Origin: a virus
Virus record (IMG/VR): IMGVR_UViG_3300041935_000006
Span: 1-45,147 of that record
Direction: 5' to 3' (one strand)
Length of the DNA: 45,147 nucleotides
The notes beneath the pieces were generated by a model. The model was not told where the DNA came from. It ran no database searches and was given only the letters and a program-made list of their open reading frames with translations. How positions within the stretch are numbered: position 1 is the stretch's first letter; every line of letters starts with the position of its first letter. Below are positions 14,076-22,327 of this stretch, one piece after another. Made by a program: the position numbers and the translations under genes.

Positions 14076-14444
14076 ATGGGCATGTGTGAAGTGCACGAGG
14101 AACAGACCGAGCTTGCCGGCGAGATCGGCGAGCTGATCGCGCGACGTCGGGCCGAGTGGCGCAGCTCGCACGGTGCCGGCGCCGACTACATGAACATTTC
14201 GATGGGTGCGATCACCGAGGCTCTAGCAACCGAGATGATCCAGCATTGTCGAGCGTCGTTTCGTTACACCCCATCGCTCGAGCAAATGGCGCGGATCTGC
14301 GCGGAATATCCTCCCGTCCTGATCGAGGCCGTCGGCCGCGTGATCGGAGCGCCCGCGCATGAGGTCATACGCTACACACAACCGCTCGTCGCCGCGCTGA
14401 TCGAGGTGCTCGCCGAGCGGGTCGGGAAGCGGCCGTCCGCATGA
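14076..14444 (+). CDS. Hypothetical protein (122 aa)
   Basis: ATG 14076 follows GGGAGGGGG. Confidence 0.6.
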   Translation: MGMCEVHEEQTELAGEIGELIARRRAEWRSSHGAGADYMNISMGAITEALATEMIQHCRASFRYTPSLEQMARICAEYPPVLIEAVGRVIGAPAHEVIRYTQPLVAALIEVLAERVGKRPSA

Positions 14445-14707
14445 TCGGCCTGAAACTCTTGCTGCAAAATGAGGCCGTGACCGGGTACCTCGTCGCGCAC
14501 CCCCGGTTGCAGAACGGCGGCACCGTGCCCGAGGCGGTCATGCTCTTGCGCAACAACACCTCGGCCGGCCGGTGCGCGGTCGCGCTGCACGTCGTGATCG
14601 ACGGCCGCGATCACCTCGTCAAGCTCACCCTCGACATGTGGCAAACCATCGCCGAGGTCTCGCGCTCGATGGCCGTCGAGCTGTACGGCGAGGAGCGGGC
14701 ACCATGA
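14441..14707 (+). CDS. Hypothetical protein (88 aa)
   Basis: ATGA overlap at 14441. Confidence 0.6.
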   Translation: MIGLKLLLQNEAVTGYLVAHPRLQNGGTVPEAVMLLRNNTSAGRCAVALHVVIDGRDHLVKLTLDMWQTIAEVSRSMAVELYGEERAP

Positions 14708-15000
14708 TCACACTGCGCGCAGCGTACAGCGCCGAGCTCGACGTCAAGCGCTCGGTGATCATCGTGCGCGACCGTAGCAACGAGCTGAATACCATCTCGG
14801 TCACGAACGCGGCCGAGTCGGTGATCGCCGACCTCGCCGCGGGCATGGGCATCGAGGGCCGACGCGTCGTGTACCTCGACACGCTCGGCATTTGGGACGA
14901 GCTCTTGCACGACGGCTCGAGGTTCACCGGGTACGCACCGATCCGCGATGCCGAGCTGAAAGCGCACCTCGTCGAGATCGCGCTCGAGCGTGGGGGCTGA
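14704..15000 (+). CDS. Conserved hypothetical protein (98 aa)
   Basis: ATGA overlap at 14704. The pattern SVTNAAESVIADL...VVYLDTLGIWDEL is typical of a small phage/plasmid family of unknown function. Confidence 0.6.
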   Translation: MITLRAAYSAELDVKRSVIIVRDRSNELNTISVTNAAESVIADLAAGMGIEGRRVVYLDTLGIWDELLHDGSRFTGYAPIRDAELKAHLVEIALERGG

Positions 15001-15001
15001 G

Positions 15002-15328
15002 ATGCGCAAACAACACCCGTACGCCGGCCACTTCATCGCGTCGTTTGACTGCCTGTTTCGGCTGCACACCTCGGTCAACGGCCGCTTTCGGATCTCGACG
15101 GTCGGCGAGTGGCACCCGGATATCCCGCCGAACGTCGGCGAGCGCCGATACAAGCACCCCCCGCGCGAGATCGGGGTCGATCGCTTGTACGAAACGATGG
15201 TGTTCCCGCTCGGTGCCGACGGTGAGCCGGTGTCTTGGGAGGGCATCGATCATCGGTCGTACAACACGGCCGCCGAGGCCGAGGCCGGTCACGAGGAGCT
15301 CGTCAGCAAGTGGGAGGCGGCACCGTGA
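15002..15328 (+). CDS. Conserved hypothetical protein (108 aa, YETMVF motif)
   Basis: ATG 15002 lies 1 nt after the upstream stop. Confidence 0.6.
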   Translation: MRKQHPYAGHFIASFDCLFRLHTSVNGRFRISTVGEWHPDIPPNVGERRYKHPPREIGVDRLYETMVFPLGADGEPVSWEGIDHRSYNTAAEAEAGHEELVSKWEAAP

Positions 15329-15603
15329 AGCCACGCAAGAAGCACCCCAACACCGTGACGATCTACGGCCTCGCGCAGCTCGCGCTCGACACGTTCGGAG
15401 CGCTCACCGCGGCCGAGGTGCGTGCCCTGATCGCCGACGATCCCGAGGGCCTCGCGCCTCACGAGCGGTACGACCTCACCCTCTCGCGCGTCACGGCCGC
15501 GCTGCGCTCGATGGTGCTCGACCGCTCGGCCCTCTCGGTCACCGAGGACGGGATCGCGCGCTACAGGCTGCGATCGGCGTCACGTGTACATGTGAACATG
15601 TAG
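15325..15603 (+). CDS. Winged-helix-like small protein (92 aa)
   Basis: GTG 15325 forms a GTGA overlap and follows GGGAGG. Segment LTAAEVRALI...LTLSRVTAALRSMVLDRSALSVTEDGIARYRL. The last six codons (RVHVNM) are encoded by repeat array C. Confidence 0.55.
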   Translation: MKPRKKHPNTVTIYGLAQLALDTFGALTAAEVRALIADDPEGLAPHERYDLTLSRVTAALRSMVLDRSALSVTEDGIARYRLRSASRVHVNM

Positions 15604-15628
15604 ACATGTGAACATGTGAACATGTTCA
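15585..15628. repeat. ACATGT-core repeat array C (five contiguous 8-bp units)
   Basis: ACATGTGA ACATGTAG ACATGTGA ACATGTGA ACATGTTC with cores at 15588, 15596, 15604, 15612 and 15620. It ends in the perfect 12-bp palindrome TGAACATGTTCA (15617-15628). It contains the stop codons of both convergent genes. Confidence 0.85.
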
Positions 15629-16294
15629 TACGATGCCGACGGCCATGCCGTGTGCGTGGATCTTGCGCAGTAGATCGAGGCCCGGGTCGGGCTTGACCGG
15701 CGAGAAGTGCAAGTGTCCGGCCGGCCCTCGGAACGTTGCCGCGATGTGTGCCGGCAACACGGTCGGGAACACGTCGCCGTTGAGGATCGGCACGCGCATC
15801 GGGAGCGAGTAGGCCGAACAGAGCGCCGCGTTGAGCGCGATCACGCTCGCGATCTGCGCCGGGAAAAACTCGCCGTACTCGATCAGCCGACCATGGATCC
15901 GCTCGGTGCGCCGGGTACGGGTGAAACCCTTGTCGGGTGCCTTGCCGTGCCCGCGGTTGATGATCTCGATCCCGACGCCGTACGAGTTGCCGCCCCCGTC
16001 GGCGCAGTGCGCGCACCTCGCGTCGGCGTCGGCGCACTGATAGATCTCGCCGAGCTGATCGACGATGAAGTGCACCGAGAGAGCCTCGGGCTTGCCCGTG
16101 GTCGCGCTCTTGTGATCACGCATGAACTCGAACGCGCGATCGGCCGAGTTCTCGGCGGCCGTCCAATGATTGATGATCCATCGAGTCTCGTGCCGCATGC
16201 GCGTCAAGAAGTGCATGCCGGTCGACGTCCAGGGCCGCACCGGTGCGAGGCACCTGTACGACTGACCGCGCACGATGATCTCGCCGACGCTCAC
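15626..16294 (-). CDS. Endolysin, N-acetylmuramoyl-L-alanine amidase (Amidase_2/PGRP type)
   Basis: Motifs INHWTA, SVHFIVDQLGEIYQ and AHCADGGGNSYGVGIEIIN, as in T7-lysozyme-type amidases. GTGA overlap at 16294. Confidence 0.85.
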   Translation of the reverse strand: MSVGEIIVRGQSYRCLAPVRPWTSTGMHFLTRMRHETRWIINHWTAAENSADRAFEFMRDHKSATTGKPEALSVHFIVDQLGEIYQCADADARCAHCADGGGNSYGVGIEIINRGHGKAPDKGFTRTRRTERIHGRLIEYGEFFPAQIASVIALNAALCSAYSLPMRVPILNGDVFPTVLPAHIAATFRGPAGHLHFSPVKPDPGLDLLRKIHAHGMAVGIV

Positions 16295-16542
16295 TTGCCG
16301 GGTCCGCCTCTCTCGATGGCACGCTTTGCGGCGGCCGAGCGGCCCCTCGGGATGACTCCGAACCAGTAGCGCTCGAGCGTCTCGGTGCGCTCGAAGATCG
16401 GGATCCCGAAGATGCGCACCGACGCGGGCTCGAGCTTGGCGCGGATCGGCTTGCCCTCGACGGTCACCGCGAGCTGATACAGGGCCGAGCCGGTCGCCGC
16501 GGCGGCCGACGTGCGCTTGACCGCGTCGACGATCTTACCCAT
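16291..16542 (-). CDS. Hypothetical protein (83 aa)
   Basis: ATG 16542 overlaps the upstream gene end by 8 nt. Confidence 0.5.
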   Translation of the reverse strand: MGKIVDAVKRTSAAAATGSALYQLAVTVEGKPIRAKLEPASVRIFGIPIFERTETLERYWFGVIPRGRSAAAKRAIERGGPGK

Positions 16543-16918
16543 TGGACACCGGCGCCTTTGCCTCCCGACGCGCTTGCCGGATCGCCTTGAGGGCCGCGGG
16601 CAATGCGTCCTCGTCGACGAGCTCCTCGCGCGTGGGTAGCGTGATCGACTTGCCGCCGACCGTGACGGTGCGCCCGAGCCACTTCTCGAGCGCGGCCGGG
16701 ATCTCGAGCGCCGCTTGCGTGCCGGCCTCGTCGGGTGGGTCGCATGCCTGCATCGTGAAGCCAGGCGTCTCGACCGGGTTGCCGGCCTCGTCGAGCTGCA
16801 CCTCGGCCGGCAAGTGATCAGGGCCGCCGACGACGACGCCGCGCGCGGGTAGCCCCTCGAGCCGGTTGATCGCCGCGAACAGCGCGCGGATCTTTGCCTT
16901 GGTGCCGCTCGCGATCAC
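16535..16918 (-). CDS. Hypothetical protein (127 aa)
   Basis: GTG 16918 lies 6 nt after GGAGGT and forms a GTGA overlap. Confidence 0.55.
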   Translation of the reverse strand: MIASGTKAKIRALFAAINRLEGLPARGVVVGGPDHLPAEVQLDEAGNPVETPGFTMQACDPPDEAGTQAALEIPAALEKWLGRTVTVGGKSITLPTREELVDEDALPAALKAIRQARREAKAPVSNG

Positions 16919-17289
16919 GGAAGTACCTCCTCGCGTGTGCACCACTGCATCTCGAGCATATCGTCGGGGCAAGCGAGCTTCGCCCAATGCAGTCTGTAGA
17001 GATACGGTGCGTCGGCCTTTGCAACGGCGTCGGCCGTGCAGGGCGTCGACACTTGCGCATCCTGCACGGTGACCGGTTGGCACCACCACGCGTCGTACCA
17101 TGGGTCGGTGATGGGAGCGGGCAACCAACACTCGTCGTCAGTGCCAGGCACCTCCATCGCATCGCCGAGGATCGACGTCGTGCAGTATTGCCCGGTTGAA
17201 TCGCACCACGGGAGCTGCGCGTACGTGTCGAGAGCGAGCCCCCACCCGAACAGCTTCAAACACGAGCCGATGAGAACGTATGGCCACAT
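16915..17289 (-). CDS. Cys/Trp-rich putative exported or membrane-anchored protein (124 aa)
   Basis: ATG 17289 follows AAAGGGA. The N-terminus MWPYVLIGSCLKLFGWGLAL is hydrophobic with a near-lipobox LIGSC. It has 8 Cys and many Trp. Confidence 0.5.
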   Translation of the reverse strand: MWPYVLIGSCLKLFGWGLALDTYAQLPWCDSTGQYCTTSILGDAMEVPGTDDECWLPAPITDPWYDAWWCQPVTVQDAQVSTPCTADAVAKADAPYLYRLHWAKLACPDDMLEMQWCTREEVLP

Positions 17290-17302
17290 AGTCAGATCCC
17301 TT

Positions 17303-18847
17303 TCAAGGCACACCGCCGTAACGATTCATTAGGTAGTTTGCCATTCGCGCGCGCTCGTCGGTTGAGAGCACGCGCGCGAACCAGAGTGTTTCGGCCCATC
17401 GGGCTTGCAGTGGCAACGCGAGATCGCCGCGCGTGCCGAGCCGCATCGTCGCCGGCGGTGCCGACGCTGACGGCGTGCCGATCGCCGACGTCTGCTCGGT
17501 GCGGCCGTTGACCCGAAGTCGAAGTTGCGGGCTCGCCGCCGATGCCATTGCCAAGCGCGAGATCGTGCGCGCGCCCAGCACGGCCGCGCCTGAGTCGTTG
17601 ACCGAGCCGATGCCCGCGGCGGCATAGGCTGCGAACGCGACGACGTTTGCGGCGCCGCACTGCATTTGCCCGGCCGGGCCGGGATTGTACGTTCCCCAGA
17701 TCAGCGAGGTCGCCGACGGGTTCGTCGGTACGAACACGTCATACGCCTCGAACCCGGTGCCGTCGTGAATGAATTTCCAAGCGAGCGCCGGCAGGTTTGA
17801 TGCGTAGTGCTGACCGCCGAGGAAAGGTGCCGATAGCGCGTTGAGCAACGCCGCGTCGGGAGTGGGTGTTACGACTTGATTGCCGCCAGTCGCTTGCGCG
17901 AACGTGTGACCGGGCCGCGAGCGATCGAGCCATGACGTAACCTTGCCGGTGAGCAAGCTGTAATAGTCTGCACGCGGCCCGGCGAACGGCACCATCGAGA
18001 GGATGTCGCGATCGTCGCCGGTGACGAGCGGTGCCGCGATGCCGTAGCGCGCGGCGATGTACTCGCGAACGAGTTGACGATCGTACTCGGATAGGACGCG
18101 ATCAAAGATCAGCGTTTCACACCATCGAACCGCACCTGTATTGACTCCGTTGACCTGACTGCCGAGGCGCAGAGTGCCGGTTGTGGCGCCGGTGCCAGGC
18201 GTTGCAGAGAACGCGCCTGCAGCGGACGCGGTCTGTTTCGTCAGCGCGCCAAACTGGAGAGGCGAGGTCGAGCCGCAGTAGTCATCGAAATAGGTGGCGA
18301 CGCCAGCCGCAGCTTGCCCGCCGACTGCAGTCGACACGACGGTCGTCGTAGCATTGCGTACGATGTACTCGTGCGTGCCGGACGCATTGTTGCACTTCTG
18401 CACCATGCCGTACCCGGCGCCACTGTTCCCCGTCGCAAGAAAAACCCCGTTCGTGACGCTGTCAGCCGGACAGAAGACAGTAAACACCTCGCAACCCGAG
18501 CCGTCTGCCGTGAAGGCGAACGCACTTGCTGGCAAGTTGCTATCAAGGTACGGGCCGGCGAGGACAATCGACTGCGCGCCGCCGAAAATAATGTCAGACG
18601 CAGGCGCAGCAATCGTGCCTGACGTCAGAACCAGCGCGTCCGCCCCGCGTCGGTTCGGGATCGTCGCGACGTTGCCACCCGAGAGCGTGACGGTGTCCGC
18701 GCGAAACTGGTGTCGAGGCGCGAGGACGTTGAGCACACCCTCGGCAACCTGCAACCGCGTTGCGCCACCACCACCACGGCCGGCACCGCCTCGGCGCATG
18801 AGGTCGGGAATACGTCGCCGGCAAGCTCGCTCGAGGGGCCGCACCAT
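17303..18847 (-). CDS. Tail fibre / receptor-binding protein with two tandem LamG (ConA-like) type domains
   Basis: Internal duplication: SNLPASAFAFTADGSGCEVFTVFCP versus SNLPALAWKFIHDGTGFEAYDVFVP. Each half ends RW.ETL.F.RVLS..(D/E)R......Y...RYG, like LamG_3 C-termini. I trimmed the start to ATG 18847, just after the upstream stop. Confidence 0.6.
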   Translation of the reverse strand: MVRPLERACRRRIPDLMRRGGAGRGGGGATRLQVAEGVLNVLAPRHQFRADTVTLSGGNVATIPNRRGADALVLTSGTIAAPASDIIFGGAQSIVLAGPYLDSNLPASAFAFTADGSGCEVFTVFCPADSVTNGVFLATGNSGAGYGMVQKCNNASGTHEYIVRNATTTVVSTAVGGQAAAGVATYFDDYCGSTSPLQFGALTKQTASAAGAFSATPGTGATTGTLRLGSQVNGVNTGAVRWCETLIFDRVLSEYDRQLVREYIAARYGIAAPLVTGDDRDILSMVPFAGPRADYYSLLTGKVTSWLDRSRPGHTFAQATGGNQVVTPTPDAALLNALSAPFLGGQHYASNLPALAWKFIHDGTGFEAYDVFVPTNPSATSLIWGTYNPGPAGQMQCGAANVVAFAAYAAAGIGSVNDSGAAVLGARTISRLAMASAASPQLRLRVNGRTEQTSAIGTPSASAPPATMRLGTRGDLALPLQARWAETLWFARVLSTDERARMANYLMNRYGGVP

Positions 18848-18849
18848 GA

Positions 18850-19254
18850 TCAGGTCTCCGCGAGGTGTGTACGCGCGACGCACGCAACCGAGCCGATCAG
18901 CGCGAACGTCAAGGCGCCGGCCGGGAACTGCAACTCGCGGAAGGTGCCGTTGAGGATCGGGATGCAACCGGTCGCCGCGGCGGTGAGGTCGATCGGATTG
19001 TTCGCCTCGGTCGCTCGAGCGGCGAGCGCGACGGCCGCGACGTTGCTCGCGTCGGTGCTGATCTGATAGTAGAGGTCGCCGCCGTCGGCATGAAACGCGA
19101 CGATGGCCCCCTTCCATGCCGCGGGCACGTTGAAAGTCTTACTCGCGGTCGTGACGGCGATCGGGTAGATCTCGCCGCGAATCGCTGCGCGCAAGCTCAA
19201 CGCGCCGACGCGCGGTTGCTCGAATGGTGTGAATTTGTCGCGCTCTTTGGGCAT
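18850..19254 (-). CDS. Hypothetical virion-module protein (134 aa)
   Basis: The ATG 19254 codon begins 4 nt after the upstream stop. Called from position among the fibre genes. Confidence 0.5.
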   Translation of the reverse strand: MPKERDKFTPFEQPRVGALSLRAAIRGEIYPIAVTTASKTFNVPAAWKGAIVAFHADGGDLYYQISTDASNVAAVALAARATEANNPIDLTAAATGCIPILNGTFRELQFPAGALTFALIGSVACVARTHLAET

Positions 19255-19257
19255 GGC

Positions 19258-19749
19258 TCAAGGCTCCTTACGGCTCGGCCTCTCGGCCGGTGTCTCACGA
19301 TCGAACGAGGGCACGGCGCTCGGCCGCGGTAAGGGTGCGTCGCCGGTGATCGACGGGTCCGGCATCGAGGGCCGCGGTTTGGGCACACCGGCGCCGAGCT
19401 CGGGCATCACGATCGGCTCGAAGTTGCCCGACTGACTCGAGCTCGTGCCGATCAGGGGTGCGCTCGAGGGCAAGAGCGGCGTCGCGAGCGGCGACGAGGG
19501 TCGGAGCGAACCGCGGATCTCGGCAAGCTGCACGTGTGCCGACTGCGCGTCGGCCCTCGCCGCTCGAGCTCGAGCGTTCGCGTCGGCGATCCCGGCGTCG
19601 GCCTTCGCCTCGACCTTACTGATCGCCTTTCGAGCTCGCCACCACCCGAGCGCGGCGACGGCGCCAAACATGAGGATCTCGGTTGCCGTCGGCCCGAGCG
19701 TCTCTTTCACCGAGGCGCAAAACGTGGTGCATGCATCGAGTACGATCAC
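19258..19749 (-). CDS. Membrane-anchored coiled-coil, Pro-rich protein (163 aa)
   Basis: GTG 19749 follows AAAGGGGG. It has one TM segment (ILMFGAVAALGWW), an Ala/Arg-rich helix and a Pro-rich tail. The architecture is i-spanin-like, but it sits in the fibre region. Confidence 0.5.
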   Translation of the reverse strand: MIVLDACTTFCASVKETLGPTATEILMFGAVAALGWWRARKAISKVEAKADAGIADANARARAARADAQSAHVQLAEIRGSLRPSSPLATPLLPSSAPLIGTSSSQSGNFEPIVMPELGAGVPKPRPSMPDPSITGDAPLPRPSAVPSFDRETPAERPSRKEP

Positions 19750-19759
19750 GGTGCCCCCT

Positions 19760-20521
19760 TTACGGTGTCATGACGACGTTGCCGCCGTAGTACGTATCGG
19801 CACTGCTCGCCGCGCTTCCCGACGCGTACAGCGCTACGGCGTAGCTGTACCGTGTGAGATCGAGCGTCGTCGCCGGTGCGAAAGGGATCGACTGCAACGC
19901 GTCGGTGCCGTTCGAGTAGACACCGGCGAGGATCGCGCCTCCCGAGTAGTTTGTCATCACGTCGTAAGCGAGCAGTTGAGCAAGCATGCGCGCCGACCCA
20001 CCCCCGGCCGTGCCTGGCTTCACGCGCACGTTGACCTCGGCGAGCGTGCGGCCGTGCACGAGGAACGGGTCGAGCTCGATGATCAGCTTCGCCGAGTTGA
20101 CGATCGTAAAGGTCGGCCCGAGCGACGCGTCAAAGTGCCAGGTGTTGAGTGGTGGCGTGTCGTAAAAAACTCGTTGGTTGACGAAGTGGTAAGGGCCGAA
20201 CACGCGAGTGAGTGCGCCGGCCGGCGCCGCGGCCCATCCCGAGGGGTCGACGTACGTCAACACATCGCCGTCGTTTGGCGTCGGTGCGTTGAGCGGGATC
20301 CCTTGCAGCAATGCGATCGCGTTCTCGCCGGCCGGGCCGACCACGTCACCCGCGAGATCGCCGCCACCCCCCCCACCCTCGCCGCCGAGCTCGACGTGTA
20401 TCGCGTCAAGCGCCGGATCGTCGGTGACGGTGCCGCCGACGAAGTTGATCCGCTTGCGGCGAAACAGCTCGACGCCGTTGTGCAGGATGCGTTGCAGCGC
20501 GATCAGGTCGAGAAGACTCAT
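19760..20521 (-). CDS. Tail fibre protein
   Basis: ATGA overlap at 20521. The segment HVELGGEGGGGGGDLAGDVVGPAG...LQGIPLNAPTPNDGDVLTYVDPSGW is a typical fibre N-terminal pattern. Confidence 0.6.
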   Translation of the reverse strand: MSLLDLIALQRILHNGVELFRRKRINFVGGTVTDDPALDAIHVELGGEGGGGGGDLAGDVVGPAGENAIALLQGIPLNAPTPNDGDVLTYVDPSGWAAAPAGALTRVFGPYHFVNQRVFYDTPPLNTWHFDASLGPTFTIVNSAKLIIELDPFLVHGRTLAEVNVRVKPGTAGGGSARMLAQLLAYDVMTNYSGGAILAGVYSNGTDALQSIPFAPATTLDLTRYSYAVALYASGSAASSADTYYGGNVVMTP

Positions 20522-21276
20522 GTGCCCTCGGCTGAGATGTTGACGGTGTCGAGCGGTGTCTCGAGTACGATGCGACCGATCGCGTGCGCGGCATTCCACT
20601 CTCGAGGAATGAGCCGCAGATCGCGCACCTCGGCCGGGTCAAGGTTCGAGTCCCACACACCGCCGTCGTCCCACGTGCCCGGGTCGGACCAAATGCCATC
20701 GTCACCGACCGGCGTCGGCCAGTCGTAATAGAGCCACCACCGAGCCCACTGCGCCGGGTCACCGGGAGGGGTCCACACCGTGTCGCCGCGGTTGATCGTG
20801 CCGCTGATCTCCATGTTGTAGACCCGGCCCGAGGCGTATCGCAGCTCGATCGCGAAGTTGTTAGGTGCGTAGTACGCGTGCAGCTGCGCGAGGAGCGCGT
20901 ACGGGCCGCCGCGTCGACGGTGATGATCGAGCCACGGTATGAGGCGCGAGGCGTACGTCGTTTCACTCTCGAACCGGCCTCGACGGATCCGACGCTCGCG
21001 GCCGATCAGCGGGAGGGTTTCCATCGAGTAGTAACCCGGGAACCGCATCTTCACGCCGGCCCGCAACGCGTCGCCGAGCGCGTCGACCTGCACACCGATC
21101 GCGTACAGGATCGCTTGCGCGGTGCCGCGTTGCAGCCACGGCGGCGAGATGTTGCGCAGCGCATCGCGGAACGTGCGCAGCTCGGTCTGTGGCTGCGCGA
21201 GTGCCACGTCGACGGTCGGCGGCACCGGTGACGGTACAGCGGGTGCGGGTGGGTCGTAACTGAATATGGTTGCCAT
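20518..21276 (-). CDS. Baseplate/tail-fibre-attachment protein (P2 gpI / Mu gp48 position)
   Basis: The ATG 21276 codon begins 2 nt after the upstream stop. Called mainly from synteny downstream of the gpJ-like gene. Confidence 0.45.
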   Translation of the reverse strand: MATIFSYDPPAPAVPSPVPPTVDVALAQPQTELRTFRDALRNISPPWLQRGTAQAILYAIGVQVDALGDALRAGVKMRFPGYYSMETLPLIGRERRIRRGRFESETTYASRLIPWLDHHRRRGGPYALLAQLHAYYAPNNFAIELRYASGRVYNMEISGTINRGDTVWTPPGDPAQWARWWLYYDWPTPVGDDGIWSDPGTWDDGGVWDSNLDPAEVRDLRLIPREWNAAHAIGRIVLETPLDTVNISAEGT

Positions 21277-21277
21277 G

Positions 21278-22327
21278 TCAGAACGCCAGATCCGCAAGGG
21301 TGAGCACGCTAAACCCGCTCGGCGCAGTCACGCGCACGAGCGGCGGCACCGGTGTCGTTTCGATGTTCGAGCGCGCCGAGAAGGTGCGCTTGTTTGCCGT
21401 GGGGGTCTCCCAGCCGATCACCGCGGTCGTGTCGGCGAGGTCGGGCAACGCGAACGATCCGACGTCCTTGATCCGCTGTATCCAAGCTTGGATCTCGACG
21501 AGCGACATGACTCGGTTGACGACGAAGGCGCCGGCACACCCGATGTTCGGGAACGACGCCTGAGAGGTCGGTGTCTCGCCGTACCCGATGCGTATTTCAC
21601 CGGTGCTCGAGAGCCCGCTTTGCAACGTCGCCGTGCCGATGAGTGCGCCGTTTGCGTAAAACTTGAGGTCGGCACCGGCGAGAGGCCCGCTCACCGTGTA
21701 CGCGAGAGCGTGGATCTTGCCGATGTCACCGGCGCCGGGTGTCCACCGAGGCGCGCATGCATCCTCGGCACCCGAGCGCGTGCAAGCTCCCGTGAACCCT
21801 CCCGCACCGTCAACAGTCAGGTACGAACCGATGTAGCTCGACGAGCGCGAGCCGTAAAAGTCGCCGTTCGCGACGCCGCCGAGGCCCGCACCGACGGCGT
21901 ACGGCACGAGCAGAAACCCGAACGTGCTCGGCCCTTGCGTGATCGCCGTGTTGATCGGCGATGGCCATCCCGAGCCCGTCTTGTACTTGCCGCCGCGCTC
22001 GACGGGGAAGTGCCCGGCGACGCCGCCGACGGGTGGCACCTCGTCGACGATCACGTCGAACATGTGCGGCCAAACGAGGTCGAACGGCGGCCGGATCGTC
22101 CACACGTTGCCGACCCTCGAGCTCGAGCTGTACGCCGAGGCGAAACGGCCGTTCTCGTTGTTGTCATCGGTCTGACCGTAAACAACATCCCATTGCCGGC
22201 CCGGGAGCGGGATCCCGTCGTCGTCGCACCATTGAATGCTGAGGTTCGAGAGCTCGCGATCGGAGGTGAACACGAGCGCATCGGCCGTGCCCACTGCGCC
22301 GGGTGACGTCGTCGCAATGACTGTCAC
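21278..22327 (-). CDS. Baseplate-associated protein with C-terminal LamG-like domain
   Basis: GTG 22327 forms a GTGA overlap. C-terminal segment DLKFYANGALIGTATLQSG...GEIRIGYGE...VVNRVMSLVEIQAWI. Confidence 0.5.
   Translation of the reverse strand: MTVIATTSPGAVGTADALVFTSDRELSNLSIQWCDDDGIPLPGRQWDVVYGQTDDNNENGRFASAYSSSSRVGNVWTIRPPFDLVWPHMFDVIVDEVPPVGGVAGHFPVERGGKYKTGSGWPSPINTAITQGPSTFGFLLVPYAVGAGLGGVANGDFYGSRSSSYIGSYLTVDGAGGFTGACTRSGAEDACAPRWTPGAGDIGKIHALAYTVSGPLAGADLKFYANGALIGTATLQSGLSSTGEIRIGYGETPTSQASFPNIGCAGAFVVNRVMSLVEIQAWIQRIKDVGSFALPDLADTTAVIGWETPTANKRTFSARSNIETTPVPPLVRVTAPSGFSVLTLADLAF

Noticed and set aside
14081-14096. CATGTGTGAAGTGCAC and isolated ACATGT/ACACGTGCAC matches (14634, 22060, 32168) as further repeat-array sites
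   Set aside because: These are single units inside coding sequence with no 8-bp periodic neighbours, so they are compatible with chance.
15585-15628. Repeat arrays A-D as a CRISPR array
   Set aside because: The units are 8-16 bp and contiguous with no unique spacers. The arrays are about 45 bp long and no cas genes are present.
17303-19117. Full 604-aa version of the double-LamG ORF
   Set aside because: The first 90 codons are Arg-rich and overlap 18850..19254 entirely. ATG 18847 lies directly after that gene's stop, so I trimmed the gene to 17303..18847.
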